This document shows positions 36,932 to 49,588 of a stretch of DNA of 64,000 nucleotides, in pieces. The notes below the pieces were generated by a model. The model was not told the DNA's origin and made no database searches. It saw only the letters and a list, made by a program, of their open reading frames with translations. Each line of letters opens with the position of its first letter. The first letter of the stretch is position 1. This stretch comes from Phoronis australis (lineage: Eukaryota > Animalia > Phoronida). The stretch is taken from positions 195,629 to 259,628 of the forward strand of contig NMRA01000584.1 in the NCBI GenBank assembly GCA_002633005.1. Direction: 5' to 3'. A program made the translations under genes and the position numbers.

Positions 36932-39900
36932 CTGCAAAACAGAAGCACGTGTTTGATAACTAGCATCAGTATCCGTATTGACCGTGGTCATTGACGGTAA
37001 AGGAATCTGAAATGGTGATGGAAAAAGAGATACATGTAATAATCAGGGTGCTGACATTACAACATTCTCTCCTTCAGCTTTACACAAGCTGATGAGTTCA
37101 ACTTAGTTGTTTCAACTGCCCAACTTCAATGTGTTGTGTAGTTGTACACCTCCCAACTAGCAGAGATGGCTTGCACAATTTTGATTGTTGCAAGAAGTCA
37201 AAGCATTGTTCCATGATTATAGCGATGATAGCAGTGGTGAGTGAGACAATGATAATGATGAAGGTGACAATAATATTTAATGAAGATGACAGGAAAATGA
37301 AAGAAGAGAAAACATGAAATACACAATAGGTGGGACTTCCTGGATTCAAAATGAAGAAACAATTTCACAGTTTTGGACTGTGTCTGAGGCAAAATAAGGG
37401 ATTAAAGGGCACCACGTATCCCCTGCAAACCTTCATCACGCCAGCAATAGTACACAACATGTTCAGGTTAGAAACTTACTTGTCTGTACTTGTCATTATC
37501 CCTCTGCACAGCCGAGAGCAGCTCCACAGGACATGACACGTCCACCTCTTCAGAAGCCTCATTGAGAAGCGTATAAAACAGCATGTATGGTGTGTCACGG
37601 TGATACTTCTGCGTAATGTTTATAAAGTCTGCGCATTTCTTCTCTGTCACCGTTTCATCATTTGCCAAGAACCACTTGTCTTCCAACAAGTCCTCACATT
37701 CCTCAACACCGGTGGAATTCATTGATGCTATTGGCCGACGGGTCATGTGACGAGTGTAGACGTAGTAGTGCCCTCCATGAGGGGAAATCCCTGAGTGAAT
37801 GATGACACTGGTCAAAACGAAAACGGGTGTGGACGAGCTACCATCTGGGGATTGAGAAACACCTGGCCCAGGTAACATTAGTACCAATGGGAACTTGACA
37901 TCACCCGATATCTTAGAGGTGCTGTTAGTTTTGGGCTCATACTTAAACCTCATTAACGTCAGCACCAGTGTCTGTGGTAACTGCTTGATTAACACTCGCC
38001 TTTCAGCATCACGTAACGCTTGACAACTGCCACAGTGGAACTGATTGACTCCTTCCAACTTCTCTGCATTGAAATACTCCTTCAGCATGTCGGTTAGCAA
38101 GTGACACCTCTTTCCTGTGCTGGAATTCACACATGGCTTTCCAGTCAGACTCTCAGAAAAGGCAAGAGTTATATCCACAAAGGTTTCTGTGCGACACGAA
38201 ACACTGCTACACGACAAACACGTTATACAACTCTCTAGAGTTCCCCCAATGCTCTTCGTCACGGACAGCTTCTCAAAGTCTTTCAATGGCAAAGGGACAC
38301 TAACAGGCCCTTCCACTCCATCAGTCATACCATGTTGCTCATTCGCAGACTCCGACTCAGTATAAGCAACTTTGACATTACTGTCCATTTTCTCACACGC
38401 TATTTTCCTGCCCTGCTGTATTGACCTTGCAACCACCATGTTTACACTACTGCACAATTCTCTTTTCTCATCACCCGTATCATCTTGTAAATCGTCAGAC
38501 ATAGACTTCATCTGTGCTACTGCCACATCACAGACTGGGTTTCTGCTTGGAGTACTCCCACAGTCAGTCCCCTCACAAGACTTCGCCATCATACCCAGGC
38601 TCAACTTGCTTGTCAAAGTACTCACTTTCCTCACCACACTTCTTACTGTGGAACCATGTCCAGAAGTCTCGCCGGCGACGGCATTCAAGCCCGTCTTCAC
38701 TGTGTTCATATACTCGTCGTGTAAGTGGTTTAGGAGATAGCGAAGGTACTCCGCCGCATCCTGCTGCGTGCCCAGAGTGAAGTAGCTGGGGCGACATCTG
38801 TTGGAGAACGACTCCGCGCAATAATACGGTCGCTGACAGAGAGAAGAAACAGATCAATTAGTCAATGAGTGTAATCTTCAGAAAGGGAAGAGAGAATTGA
38901 CAAATGAAAATCTGGTTGATAGGTGATAAAAATATGACAGGGTAAGAATAAAGAGGCAGGAACCTGCATTCCACCACAAAAAGCCAACCTTTGAGACCAC
39001 TTGCCCTGATAAAATGAGCCTCCAACAGTTCCTTAGTCAAACTGGCTGTGATTTCAAGACTGAAAGAACTGCTAGTTCATCACTGCTTGACACCAAGCTC
39101 TACAACGTGTTATGGCATGTGATTTTGTGTCGAGCATGGTCTTAAAGATGTATCTGCATGCTCCAAACTAACAGGAACTAACAACGACAATGCTATTTTA
39201 ACATAATCTACACTTAACTAAGTGCAGTTGTATTCCTAGACAACTTGCAAATATGTAAACAAGAAATTCTGCAAAATCGGCGACCTTTGCAAAAATGACA
39301 TACATTGCAGGCCCTCATAGCCTGCATCATGTTGTGTTATTCCCGAGCACAATGTCACGATACTGATGTGCCACAAAACTCGTTCTTAAAACATTTGGCA
39401 ATTTTCAACGTATTTCATATTCACATCATCGCGGTATGTTTTCTGTTTTTAAATAATTTGGCCACATAATGACAGAGATAAGGAATTAGCCTGCAAGTGC
39501 CACTTTAAGGAATAATGAATAGTCATTTTGTTGCAAAACCAAAAATCAATTCAGGAACAAGTTGAGACTAATTGTATAGCGGTAAGTGATATAAATCAAA
39601 AAATTTGCTTTTTAGTTGGAGGGCAGGTTTGAAAGAGCAATAGCTACTCTCCATGGCTGCAGTGACTCATGAATAAACTGGAGATAATCCTTAGGCAAAC
39701 TTTGTCAGTTTTCCTTAGAGCTGGCTATGTCAACTTGGTAGTCGTTTTCTGGTCCTCAAAGGATATCAACTAATGTTTTATTGGATAAACCAGATATTAA
39801 CCCATGTTTGATTGGATAATAAAACCAGAATTCATTTTTATTGGATAAACCAGACATTAACTGATGTTTAACAGGATAAACCAATTATCACCACACTGAT

Positions 39901-42900
39901 GGCCGCTAAATGGAGGACAGAACCAGTGGAAGACAACTCAACAGTAACTTCAATTTTTAACTATTGGCAACGTGCATACACTTCATAAATGACAACAAAA
40001 TTCATCAAAATTCAAGAATATTCAGTACCTGGGAATATTTAAGGAATGAGAACACCCTTTGAAGCTCTTTAAAGGAGGGTTCCATGGAAGTGACATCATA
40101 GCCTAGAATCTCATTGCGAAACCTGAAATAATGAGAATGGTTTAGCATTAATTAACAAGCAGGCCAACTTCATAACTGTCACAACTGCCCAAATATGCAG
40201 TGATGACAATTGCTTCCTAAAGATCAAGCGCCATTTAGGTACAATGAATCAAACTGTGATCTAATGATCCTAAGCTCTCGGTGAGATAAGTTTGAATGAT
40301 GCGTAGTACACATCAATCACCAAACATTGTAAGCACAGGCTATTGACACACAAGCGCCTGATGCCAATGAGTAACATTCACAATCTCGTATTCAACTTGT
40401 TGCCAATCCTTGAAAAATGTTGCAGTTCAAAGAGGGACAACATTTAACATATTAAGTGTTATAATGAAGTAGGCCACATCGACCAAAAACAAACACACAA
40501 TGTGTGAATAATGGCTTGGAACAATCATACTTGTTTTGATTTGTCCGTGCAAAGCTTAACCACTTTAAAGCTGCATATCACATGGTTAAGCAGTAATCTT
40601 TCTCCATTACCATCAGCGACTCAAGAATCAGTTTACTGAACTTGACCAACCCTACACTTGCATAAATCGAAAACGGCAAACGTAGGTATTGCTTTCGACT
40701 TGAGATAGAAATGAAATCCTATTGCCTACCTATTTTATGTGAGAAAAAGGACAAATTCAATTTTTGTTTTCTAACCAGCTAAACAGCGCATAATGGAGCT
40801 TTATATATCAAATGTTATCAAAAATAGGAATAGTTTCTAAATCTCAGCAAAGAGGCACTTGTCTCAAGGGTAAGCCTTAATGCTTAATTGCTACAAGGAT
40901 TTTCCGTCGATAAGCCCATGGGCGTGTATTCAGAAAATAAAAATTTCAGGTATTTTAGTAACATCAAATAAATGCCCGGGCATAGTTCGCCAAAACCTTG
41001 CTCATTTTTACATAGCATAAATTCTCCACAAAACTAAATTTGTGAGAAAAAGTTGACGCTGAGTGGGCTTTAAAGAGGAAATTTTCTGAATAAACGCCTC
41101 ACTATCTGGGCACTTGACACCAGGAGTTAGAACACCAAATAAATGCCCATGGGTGTTTATTCGGCATAATTTTCCGTAGAAACACCCATTGGCGTTACAT
41201 CGGGTGGGCTTATCTACAGAAAATCCCAGTAGCTTGACATCTACATCACTTCTCTAAAAATCACATGATACAAGATGGTGCGATGTCACTGTAAGCATGT
41301 TTTTCACAAAAGAGTCCCAGGTCTTTTTATCAGCTACCTGTCGATAAAGTACAGCGCCTGTAGGCAACTGTTGATGTAGCAGGTATTGCCGAGATTCTCC
41401 AGTCCAATATTCTCATCTCTCTGCACCACCAGCGATGCGTTGGCTTTCCTAGGAGAGTACAGGACATCTGGAGTCATGCGCCAGCCATGAGAGGGTGCAG
41501 ACCATGGCAATGCAGTGGACGGAAGCTGTGGATACCCCTAGAAATGAAACCAGGCTCTCAAGGCCAAGGCTGCTTACCATACAACAACTTTGACAATGAC
41601 ACGCAGTGAAATTGTAAATATAATATGTACTTAACAAATAACATTCATTTGACCTTGGAATATGAATTCAAGCATCTTCGGTGAAAAAACAGATCGCCAC
41701 GAATTTCGTCTGAATTCCTACTTTATTAATAGAAATTAATCTTGGGAGAACTGGCAATTTGTTGTTGAAGACAGAACACAATAACATGGAACTGACAACC
41801 TGTCATTTTATGAGTCAACAACAATATGGTTGTCACTCAAATGGAATCCGGGTGATTCTGTGACCAAACACTACCCAGTGCACTGGAATGTTACACATAC
41901 AACCATCTCAAGATTTATAGTGGCTATATAAACTGCCTTTTGTCAAAAAAAATCGAATAATCAGATTTAGATCATTTACCTAATGAAGTTGGGCCCCCAC
42001 CTCTCCCCCCCNCCCCCCCCCCCCTTGGTTGCCGCAAACAAAATGGAACAGCAACAGTGTGAAGCGTGAGGACATATTGAGTTCAGTAACTAGAACTGAC
42101 AGTGGATTAGAGGGGGGGGGGCTCAGACCTCAGACCGCGGCGGAATCGTGTCGCCATTTTTTTGTTTAATCCACCGACAGATTTTCCAAACCTAAGGTCC
42201 ATATCCCCATTCCCGGCAACTTTCAGGCCGCCTGTGAAAATGCAATCGCGCTTTGCCCAACTCCCCGTGGCAACATGTTGGGCCCCCTCTCTTAAGGTAT
42301 CCTAGATCCGCCACTGAAACTTGTCTTCAGTTGTTTGGAAGGAATTGTCAATTCATTATTGCTTGACACTAGGCTCTGTCAGTTCCTTGCAAGACAAAAG
42401 AATCTCTTCTCATTTGAGTAACACACAAGAAGAAACCAATTTTTGTAGTTACTGTAGTGAATGACCCAAATCAAAATTCAGTAGAGTGGAATGCTTTAAC
42501 CACAATGTATTTATACCAAAAAAAGATGAGAGGTCCAACAGAATTAGAATGCTTACCTTCAAGGTGCTCAAAACAACATCATAAATATCTGGATACCCAG
42601 GGTGAGCATCAATCTGTGCATAGCACAGTTTTACTACCCTGGGTATCAGAGGTGTGTATACCGAGTGGTTTGAAGACAACTTGGTCATTGCAGTTAGCAG
42701 GTCAGGAATTAATGGACACACCTGAAAAGATTAAAAGACAATCGGAGGTAGCAATCAATTATTGCATATTGTCTGAACCAGTACATAAATGTACATGATT
42801 GTCCAGTTATGTATTAAGTGCCCAGATGCATGAAACAGCCCCAAATAGGAACTCACCTAATATGTTCCCTAAATCTTTTGCATATCTGATCTGTTCTTTA

Positions 42901-45900
42901 CTCACAGATGTTATATTCTTCAAACATTTTATCTTTATCACGAGCTCCTGTTTGACTCATGACATATTCTAATACACTATAACTAAAAACTGAGCCCTTA
43001 ATTCAATCAAAATAATTGGGAACTTATAGTTCTTAATTTAGAGGCATTGCATGAAAAGGTCCCTATTATTCAATAATATTGAGAATTCAACGTAGAGTTT
43101 ACTCTCGATTAGTATCAAAGCCGAAAATTGACTTAGTAATGTGACTCAAACAGCATAAGAAAGGAGAATCAGTCTTTTCACAAACCCACAAATACGCAGC
43201 AAATTTAGGGAACTGCATCACGCAACCAGACAAAGGTTTCCTGGGCATTAAGCTACACAAATCTGGGGTCCCTGGGGTCCGTTTCATGAAAGTGACTTAA
43301 AACCACTTCACATATGATGAAAAAAGGTTATCCACATAATTATGAGCACACCACATTCCAGAAATAATGTAATTGTCTCTCAACTAGAAGTTATGTGTAT
43401 ATTTTCAGAGACCCTGAATCTTTCCTCAAATGAGATTTAATAATTTTTCAGAAACTGTTGTGTGGAGAGTACCAGAAGTTCTTACGAAAGATAAAAATTC
43501 TTAGTAATGTGACAGAATGATAAAAGTGAACACTTTTGTACCCAAAGATCTTGGTATGCACTCCACATTAACACAAAGTGGCATTCGTCTTCCACACAAC
43601 CCAAATTACATAACTTACACAGCCTATTTTCATAAAGGAATACTCGTGTGGTGACCTCTTTCCACAAGCAATAGAAACTTTGACACCAATTCATATCGAA
43701 GCGTATGCATACATATTTAGTAAAACCCTACCATAAGCCAAACTCTAAGTCTAGACAATAGTTATCACACTAGATAATTATTTATATCATTGTGTTCAAC
43801 CCCATTACAGATCTGTTTTAAAACTTTAGGCTACCAGCAATTACAGTGCACTACACAACAACAATGTCCAAAAACGACCAGGAGTTCCCCAAGGCGGCGG
43901 CATGCTGCACATTGTGACCAGACCTGATGGAGAATTTACAGGAAATTGAAGAAGCCACCATTCTTGGACTATTATTTTGATTTTGTGGCAACGACAAGTC
44001 ATCGCAAGCCCTTTTATATTTTGTCATTGATAAGGTGAGACAGTAAAGGTTTTTGCAACTCCATGGCACAGGTTTAACAAGGCGGAGACTACTAGACTCC
44101 CATAGGCAGATTTAGGGGGGGGGGCAGTGGGCCCACACCACCCCCCCCCTGGCTGCTGCAAGTAAAATGAAACAGCAACAATGTAAAGCACGAAGAAATA
44201 TTGAGTTTGGCACCTAGGGGGGAAGGGAGGGGGGGTGGGGGGGCCTGGTCCAGGCACAGGCCTCAGATCGCGGTGGAATCGTGTTCCCATTTTTTTAGTC
44301 CACAGATTTTCTGAACAGGGGGTGGCACATCCCCGACCCCTGCACCTTTCGGGCCGCCTGTGCACATACAATTGCACTTTGCCCATTCCCCGAGATAACA
44401 TGTTGGACCCCCCCTCTTGGTATCCTAGATCTGCCACAGACTCTGACGTCANAAACAGGAAATATTGAGTTTGGCACCTAGGGGGGAAGGGAGAGAGGGT
44501 GGGGGGGCAGGCCCAGGCCCAGGCCCAGGCCCCAGATCGCCGTGGAATTGTGTTCCCATTTTTTTTTAGTCCACAGATTTTCTGATCAGGGGGTGGCACA
44601 TCCCCGACACCTGTACCTTTCGGGCCGCCTGTGCACATACAATTGCACTTTGCCCAATTCCCCAAGACAACATGTTGGACCTCCCCTCATGGTATCCTCT
44701 GACGTCATGTAACCCATAACAATCTGCCCTTACCTTATGAAACAGACACGCACTGTGCTGATACACAGAAAGTAAATACTCCATCATGTTCAAGCATGTT
44801 TCAACAACATGCGGTAGCTCCATTTTCTTGAGGAACTGAAAACAGTCAACAAAATTAGAAATGAAGTACAGAGCATAAAGTACCATGAACATTAAAGGGG
44901 ACAGCAGTTACGTTTAGGGAAAATACAGAAACCTGATTATCTTAAAGATTACTGTTCCGTTGATATGTATTTTCTACCCTTGGAACAAGTGACATCAGTG
45001 GCCGCTACTTGCTTAGAATTGCAGTCACTTTCATTGAGCAAACACAATTTTCTAATTGCTCTTGAACACAGTATGTGTCTGTCGTTCAGGTTTGCTCAAG
45101 AGACGTGAATGCAGCACCAACATATGGGCCTTTTGCTCCAGCTCATTTACATTATTATCTATTGTTCCATGTAACGCAATGCTACATGTCAAGGGATTTC
45201 AGCAGCATTTTGGAATTTGCTTTCCAGTAAAATGCATTGCAAACACTCAGTGAGTTTCTGACAGACTTTCAGAAATCAGTTGATATTAGCAAAATTGACA
45301 TTTTCCTGTTAAGAACAATTTCCAACCACTGAACAGTTATAATTCTTATATAATAATGTCAAGACCAGGATCATGTTGAAATGCTCTATATGAATTGGAA
45401 TGCCACAAAGGTAATCAACACTATTCAGGGGATTCCATACCAAAGGATATTCCACACCATACACGAGTCTCTGTGTCTGATAAGAAGCAGGAAGATGTTA
45501 TATAGTTTTCAAACAGAAATGAACATCGAAATTCGACAGTTTGTATGCACAAGTCTGTGACTAAACAGTCATTTCTTTTCGACTAGACTCGGTTTCAATT
45601 CAGGAAATATCTAAACACAACATCTCTGGTTTTGCTCCGTGCACTTTGTCGAAATTACAACTTTCAAAGTTAAACAAACAAATAGCGGTCACGCAAAATA
45701 TATAAAAAAATTGCAGGCGGTCTGGTACATGTTGTACCAGATATAACTAGGCTGCTCAGATGGGCCCATTGCACTATCACCTGGAACCATTTTTATGCTT
45801 TAATAACATATAGTTATAACCGAGGAGCTAGAGTCCTGACTCAAGGGTCTAGCAGTGTGCCTCAGTGGGACTTGAACTCATGACCTCACGTAAAGGAAGC

Positions 45901-48540
45901 AACACATATTCCACTAGACCACACTGCCTCCTCAAGGTCAGGCACAATACTTTTACATTAAAATCTGACTAAATTTTGACAACTATTAATTTGATTAAAC
46001 TGCCAAAAAATTCTGATAAGAAGTTTGTCTTAGTTTGGCAGACTCACACAGAGATTTGTCAAAGTCTGTCCAGCTTAGTTTGAAAACTACTCTCAGTACA
46101 TTACCACTATCAAACTTATTGGCTTTTTGTTGAGAATTTTTAGTTACAGAAATCGACTTCTTAAATAAGTCATCTACCTGCTCATGAAATAACAACAGAG
46201 TAGTGAGAGTAGTCATTTCTAGACATCAGTATTGACAAGTTTCAAGTTGTGGTTTCACTTTAAAAGAGCTGAACACCAAATGAATCTAGAATGTTAAACT
46301 TTATGTTTCAAACCTAAACAGGCTGATTTTGAACGGTTTGCAACCAAATAACGAGTCAAAGACTAATCGTTCTAAAGCAAATAGTATGCCATAGTTGCGC
46401 ACCATTTCGATGTTGTCTTCGGCAAACTGGACGCAGATGTAGACCTTATCATTGCTGGCTATACTGTTCAACAGTGCCTGCAGCCAGACATCCACGTTTT
46501 CTACAGTCGGCCAACTGAGCCAAGCTTGCAGGCACATTAGGGCAGCTGAAACAGGGAGATAACTTCTTAGTGTGACTTTGAAACATGCATATTACTGTCG
46601 CAGTCTTAAAATGTGAATAGGTCGACAATGGTTCCGTAATTTCAAACTACAAAGAAATAACCACATACAATTTATCATTACAAGCCTCTGAGGAGCTAGA
46701 AACCTGACTCAAGGGTCTACAGTGTGCCTCAATGGAAATTGAACCTACAACCTTGAGTAAAGGAAGTAGGCACTTATCCCACATAGCAACACTGCCTCCT
46801 GCAAAATGATGATCAAATTCTATTTGATACAAATTTTCAAGATGAAATCTCAAGAAAGCTGTCAGATACAGTTTTCTATCATTTTATTTCCCTTTTATGT
46901 AATTTCAAGAGCTTTTCATGAAAATCGTGAAAGTGTTATTTATTGATAGCCCCTCGTGCAAACGTCGAATCTCTTAAAACTGATCCCAACATTCCAATGA
47001 TTGTTTTGGAGAACAGTGCATAAAGAAAGTTTTGTATGGATCTGATCAGTCATTTCTGAGATACGATGTTCTCAAATTAGATAACTTTGAACTTTGTCCT
47101 ATGGTCCTATATTTGACCTCAACAACACTGAAGTCATATTTGACACATCAATAAAAATTTGAGAAAGCTGGTCAAATTTGACCGCCGGGGCTCACAATTT
47201 GTGCATGGTGGGATGCAATTCTCAAAAAGCCTGGTGCAGAGAACGCTGGATTAGTTGAACTAGTGTCAAGATGATTGAAGTCACATCAAATTTTAGAGTG
47301 TTTACTAGTAAAGGTAACTGTTCTGATTTAAATGATTTAATTGTTGCTCCCACAAACAGTGTTCTCCAGAACAGAAAATTCAAACTTGACTAGAATGACA
47401 AAATCTGTGTATATGTACGAAAGTCCCATGCCTGTACTATGGGTAGTTTGAGTGTCTTGCATAAATATAGAACTGGCACCCACTATAAGTTCAATGATCT
47501 AATTTACTAGAAATGACCAGTATCCCAATACTTCAAACTCATTGCATGGGATTTCGAGCTCGACTCAGGTTCCAAGACAAACTCGTAATGACAAGACTCA
47601 ACTAGATGCAGTGACGAGCAAAAACAGGTTGTGGAGAACATTATACCTGTTACAGACCCCACTGCCAAACCTGCAATAGCATGAAAACAGAAGCCCAGCC
47701 CATAAGACAAAACTTACACATAAATTGGTTGTCAGTCACTGCACTATTGCAGGCAATGCGCTCTGCGAAATCAGCTGCGTACTCAACTTTAAGGTGCTTA
47801 ACAATACTGCCAAGTGCTATGGGAAACATCGGCTTGGCATTATCCAGATCAATGGAGCCTATGATGCTGAACAGAGTCAACACATTTTTCTGGGCATTTT
47901 CTGAACTGCTGGCCCTCCAAATGGATCCGATGACAGAGGCCAATTTCTCCACATACATTTCAAATTCCTTCATTTCATTGACGATGCTCACCCCAGCACC
48001 TTTGGCTTGAAAGTGCTGTCTGCTTATTATCCACAATAAAACATCACACAATGCAATGGTGTCATTTCCAATTGGAGCGCAGTCAACAAATTCCATCAAG
48101 AGATCTGATAGTGTCACAGCTGTTTCTAAGTCCTGATTGGCTTTTAGAAAACCAGTCACATGATCGCCAATGATTACGCAAACATTACTTAAAGAGGAGT
48201 CTCCTTTCTTACTCAGTAATCGCAGTGATTCTGATACCATTAAGAGGGTCCTGTGTCGTTCACCTTGGGTGAAGATATATGTAATAATGTCCGGCTGAGA
48301 CCACAAAGCAAAGAAAGAGCTCAAGTTGTGCAAAGCCCACTCCTTGTAAACGTTCAACGCCTCATTCCAATGTTCTTGATGGTCGGTCTTGATGCTGTAC
48401 TCAAGGCAAACTTTGATCACATTGTCTATAACTTCTGTACTTTGTGGCGACCTGGCTGCCATTACAATCTTGCTCAACAGAGCTCTCTTGATGTCAGGTT
48501 TAAAGGTCGACTGGAAGATTCCCACCACGATTTTATCCAT
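36794..48540 (-). CDS. USP38: Ubiquitin carboxyl-terminal hydrolase USP38/USP35-like, 8 coding exons, about 1005 aa
   Basis: complement join(48540-47718,46545-46403,44835-44734,42721-42557,41537-41338,40122-40029,38832-37480,36931-36794) is 3018 nt with consistent phases. Motifs: N-terminus MDKIVVGI, WLSWP, YQHS, GYPDIYD, Cys box GLENLGNTCYINSCLQAL, QQDAAEYLRYLL, His box HSG..GGHYY, WFLAND, TPYMLFY, C-terminus DDPPSSCGG..PRFIF. These match the vertebrate USP38/USP35 pattern. Confidence 0.93.
37480..38832 (-). CDS. USP38: USP38-like large catalytic-domain exon (QQD box to His box)
   Basis: RPYYCAE..QQDAAEYL..CITCLSC..FHCGSC..HSGISPHGGHYY..WFLANDE..DNDKYRQ, 451 codons, gtaagt donor. Confidence 0.95.
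39146..39504. mobile_element. TTAA-flanked (Kolobok-like) MITE, diverged
   Basis: ttaa-agatgtatctgcatgct ... agcctgcaagtgccact-ttaa. Confidence 0.45.
39760..39885. repeat. Degenerate minisatellite of about 30 bp, about 4 copies
   Basis: tttattggataaaccaga.attaac recurs. Confidence 0.6.
40029..40122 (-). CDS. USP38: USP38-like exon
   Basis: FRNEILGYDVTSMEPSFKELQRVFSFLKYSQ. Confidence 0.9.
40892..41231. mobile_element. TA-flanked (Tc1/mariner-type) MITE
   Basis: ta-caaggattttccgtcgataagccca ... tgggcttatctacagaaaatcccag-ta, with internal inverted sub-repeats. Confidence 0.65.
41338..41537 (-). CDS. USP38: USP38-like exon (Cys box)
   Basis: ENIGLENLGNTCYINSCLQALYFID. Confidence 0.95.
41990..42316. 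mobile_element. G/C-run hAT-like non-autonomous element
   Basis: cagtggattagagggggg ... tatcctagatccgccactg; same family as 44101-44440. Confidence 0.55.
42557..42721 (-). CDS. USP38: USP38-like exon
   Basis: VCPLIPDLL...HPGYPDIYDVVLSTLK. Confidence 0.9.
42820..43296. mobile_element. Harbinger-like MITE family copy 1
   Basis: Co-linear with 52015-52469; ends gccc..gcatgaaac / gtttcatg. Confidence 0.65.
43500..43645 (-). mobile_element. LINE 3' fragment
   Basis: ENRLCKLCNLGCVEDECHFVL is the C-terminal Cys/His motif of the same LINE type as 10620-12490. Confidence 0.65.
44101..44700. mobile_element. G/C-run hAT-like element, present twice across a single N
   Basis: cataggcagatttaggggg ... 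tatcctagatctgccacag. The matching terminus cccctaaatccgcctatg also appears at 23330-23349. Confidence 0.6.
44734..44835 (-). CDS. USP38: USP38-like exon
   Basis: FLKKMELPHVVETCLNMMEYLLSVYQHSACLFHK. Confidence 0.88.
45818..45932 (-). mobile_element. tRNA-derived SINE
   Basis: On the - strand: A box tggtctagtgg and B box gagttcaagtcc, then body gacccttgagtcagg. No cloverleaf acceptor stem. Confidence 0.75.
46403..46545 (-). CDS. USP38: USP38-like exon
   Basis: ALMCLQAWLSWPTVENVDVWLQALL. Confidence 0.92.
46684..46800 (-). mobile_element. tRNA-derived SINE (second copy)
   Basis: Co-linear with 45818-45932. Confidence 0.7.
47718..48540 (-). CDS. USP38: USP38-like first coding exon (helical N-terminal domain)
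   Basis: MDKIVVGIFQS..KRALLSKIV. An acceptor ttctttcag lies 15 nt upstream of the ATG (exon starts at 48555), so a non-coding exon lies further upstream. Confidence 0.9.
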
Positions 48541-49145
48541 GGCAAAAATAATGACCTGAAAGAACATATTGAATTTTCATGAGTACGAGCACTTACAGTT
48601 AGCCATTATACTCAATTTTAGTAAAAGTGAAACTAGTATGTCATACGCACACAGCTAGATCATTACCTAATTTGAACAAAGTTCTGAGTTGCAGTGCTTC
48701 ACTAAAATAACATTTCTGGTCCACTTGGACCTAACTTCCAAATTTTATGAACTAAAAAGAAGGACAAACTGTAAAATATATAGCTAAAAATAGTGTTGAT
48801 TCAGCATGCAATATCTGTGGTTCCAGCATCAGATTATGATTCGTTTTTCTCCAATGAAAGATAGTTAATTATCTGCAAGAATTAAGCATTTTAAAATGTT
48901 TCCCTATGATGCTATATATCTAAATGCATAATTGTAATTGCTATCTTCCTAAAATGAGCACATGTAACATCAAAAAATGCAATGTTTCTTGTAACTTGCA
49001 GCACTCTAAAATTTCAGAGGCCAATATAATCATCCCTTTGAAGAATTCATTGACAATAGTACAATGCACTCACCACTTGGGAACAAAATTTAATGATATA
49101 TATGTGGACATAAATACATGGAAACACCCCATAACATGACTTTAA

Positions 49146-49588
49146 AGGCGAAGACAACCTTTTTTCATGTCATTTTTAGCAAAAATAAGGTTTGTTGGTT
49201 ATCCCAGACATATGTATGTTCTCTACTCCAGAAGTGACGTTTTGGGAGGCAAGTGGGACAGTTGTTCCTCTGTCCGTCAGAAGATAATGAGAACATCCCA
49301 GTACGCAGTAACAGTGTGGCATGTTGACTGACTCGTATACAAAAGCAAACGACGACCAAACTTATCACAACTGAGGTAGATCAATGACTGATTCGACAGC
49401 TCTCATAGTCAGACTATATGAAAAGAAATTGGAGCGAAATTCTTGCCTCCCAAAACATCACTTCCGGAGTAGAGAACGAATAATTAATTAAATTACGAAA
49501 AGATATAACTAAGTGGAAAATATTTCTGGGATAACCAACAACCCTTATTTCTTGCTAAAAAAGACAAGCAAAAAGGTTGCCTTCGCCT
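49146..49588. mobile_element. TTAA-flanked (Kolobok-like) MITE with long TIRs (over 100 bp)
   Basis: TTAA-AGGCGAAGACAACCTTTTT ... AAAAAGGTTGCCTTCGCCT-TTAA. The inverted similarity extends to gttttgggaggcaag / cttgcctcccaaaac. Confidence 0.85.

Noticed and set aside
37098-37392. Hydrophobic ORFs in the last USP intron
   Set aside because: They come from low-complexity (GAT/ATG)-rich intron sequence.
38117-38857. Overlapping ORFs (38117, 38372 and 38514 on +; 38573 on -)
   Set aside because: They are antisense or off-frame shadows of the large USP exon.
44195-44707. Apparent tandem duplication, and ORFs at 44024-44665
   Set aside because: The two copies sit on either side of a single N (44452) and both end in the same flank ctctgacgtca. 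They are probably two haplotypes joined by the assembler, and the ORFs are GC-rich repeat read-through.
45818-45932. tRNA gene
   Set aside because: It has A and B boxes but no cloverleaf, continues into a shared body, and has three diverged copies in the window. It is a SINE.
47681-48582. Two 109-aa + strand ORFs
   Set aside because: They are antisense shadows of the USP38-like first coding exon.
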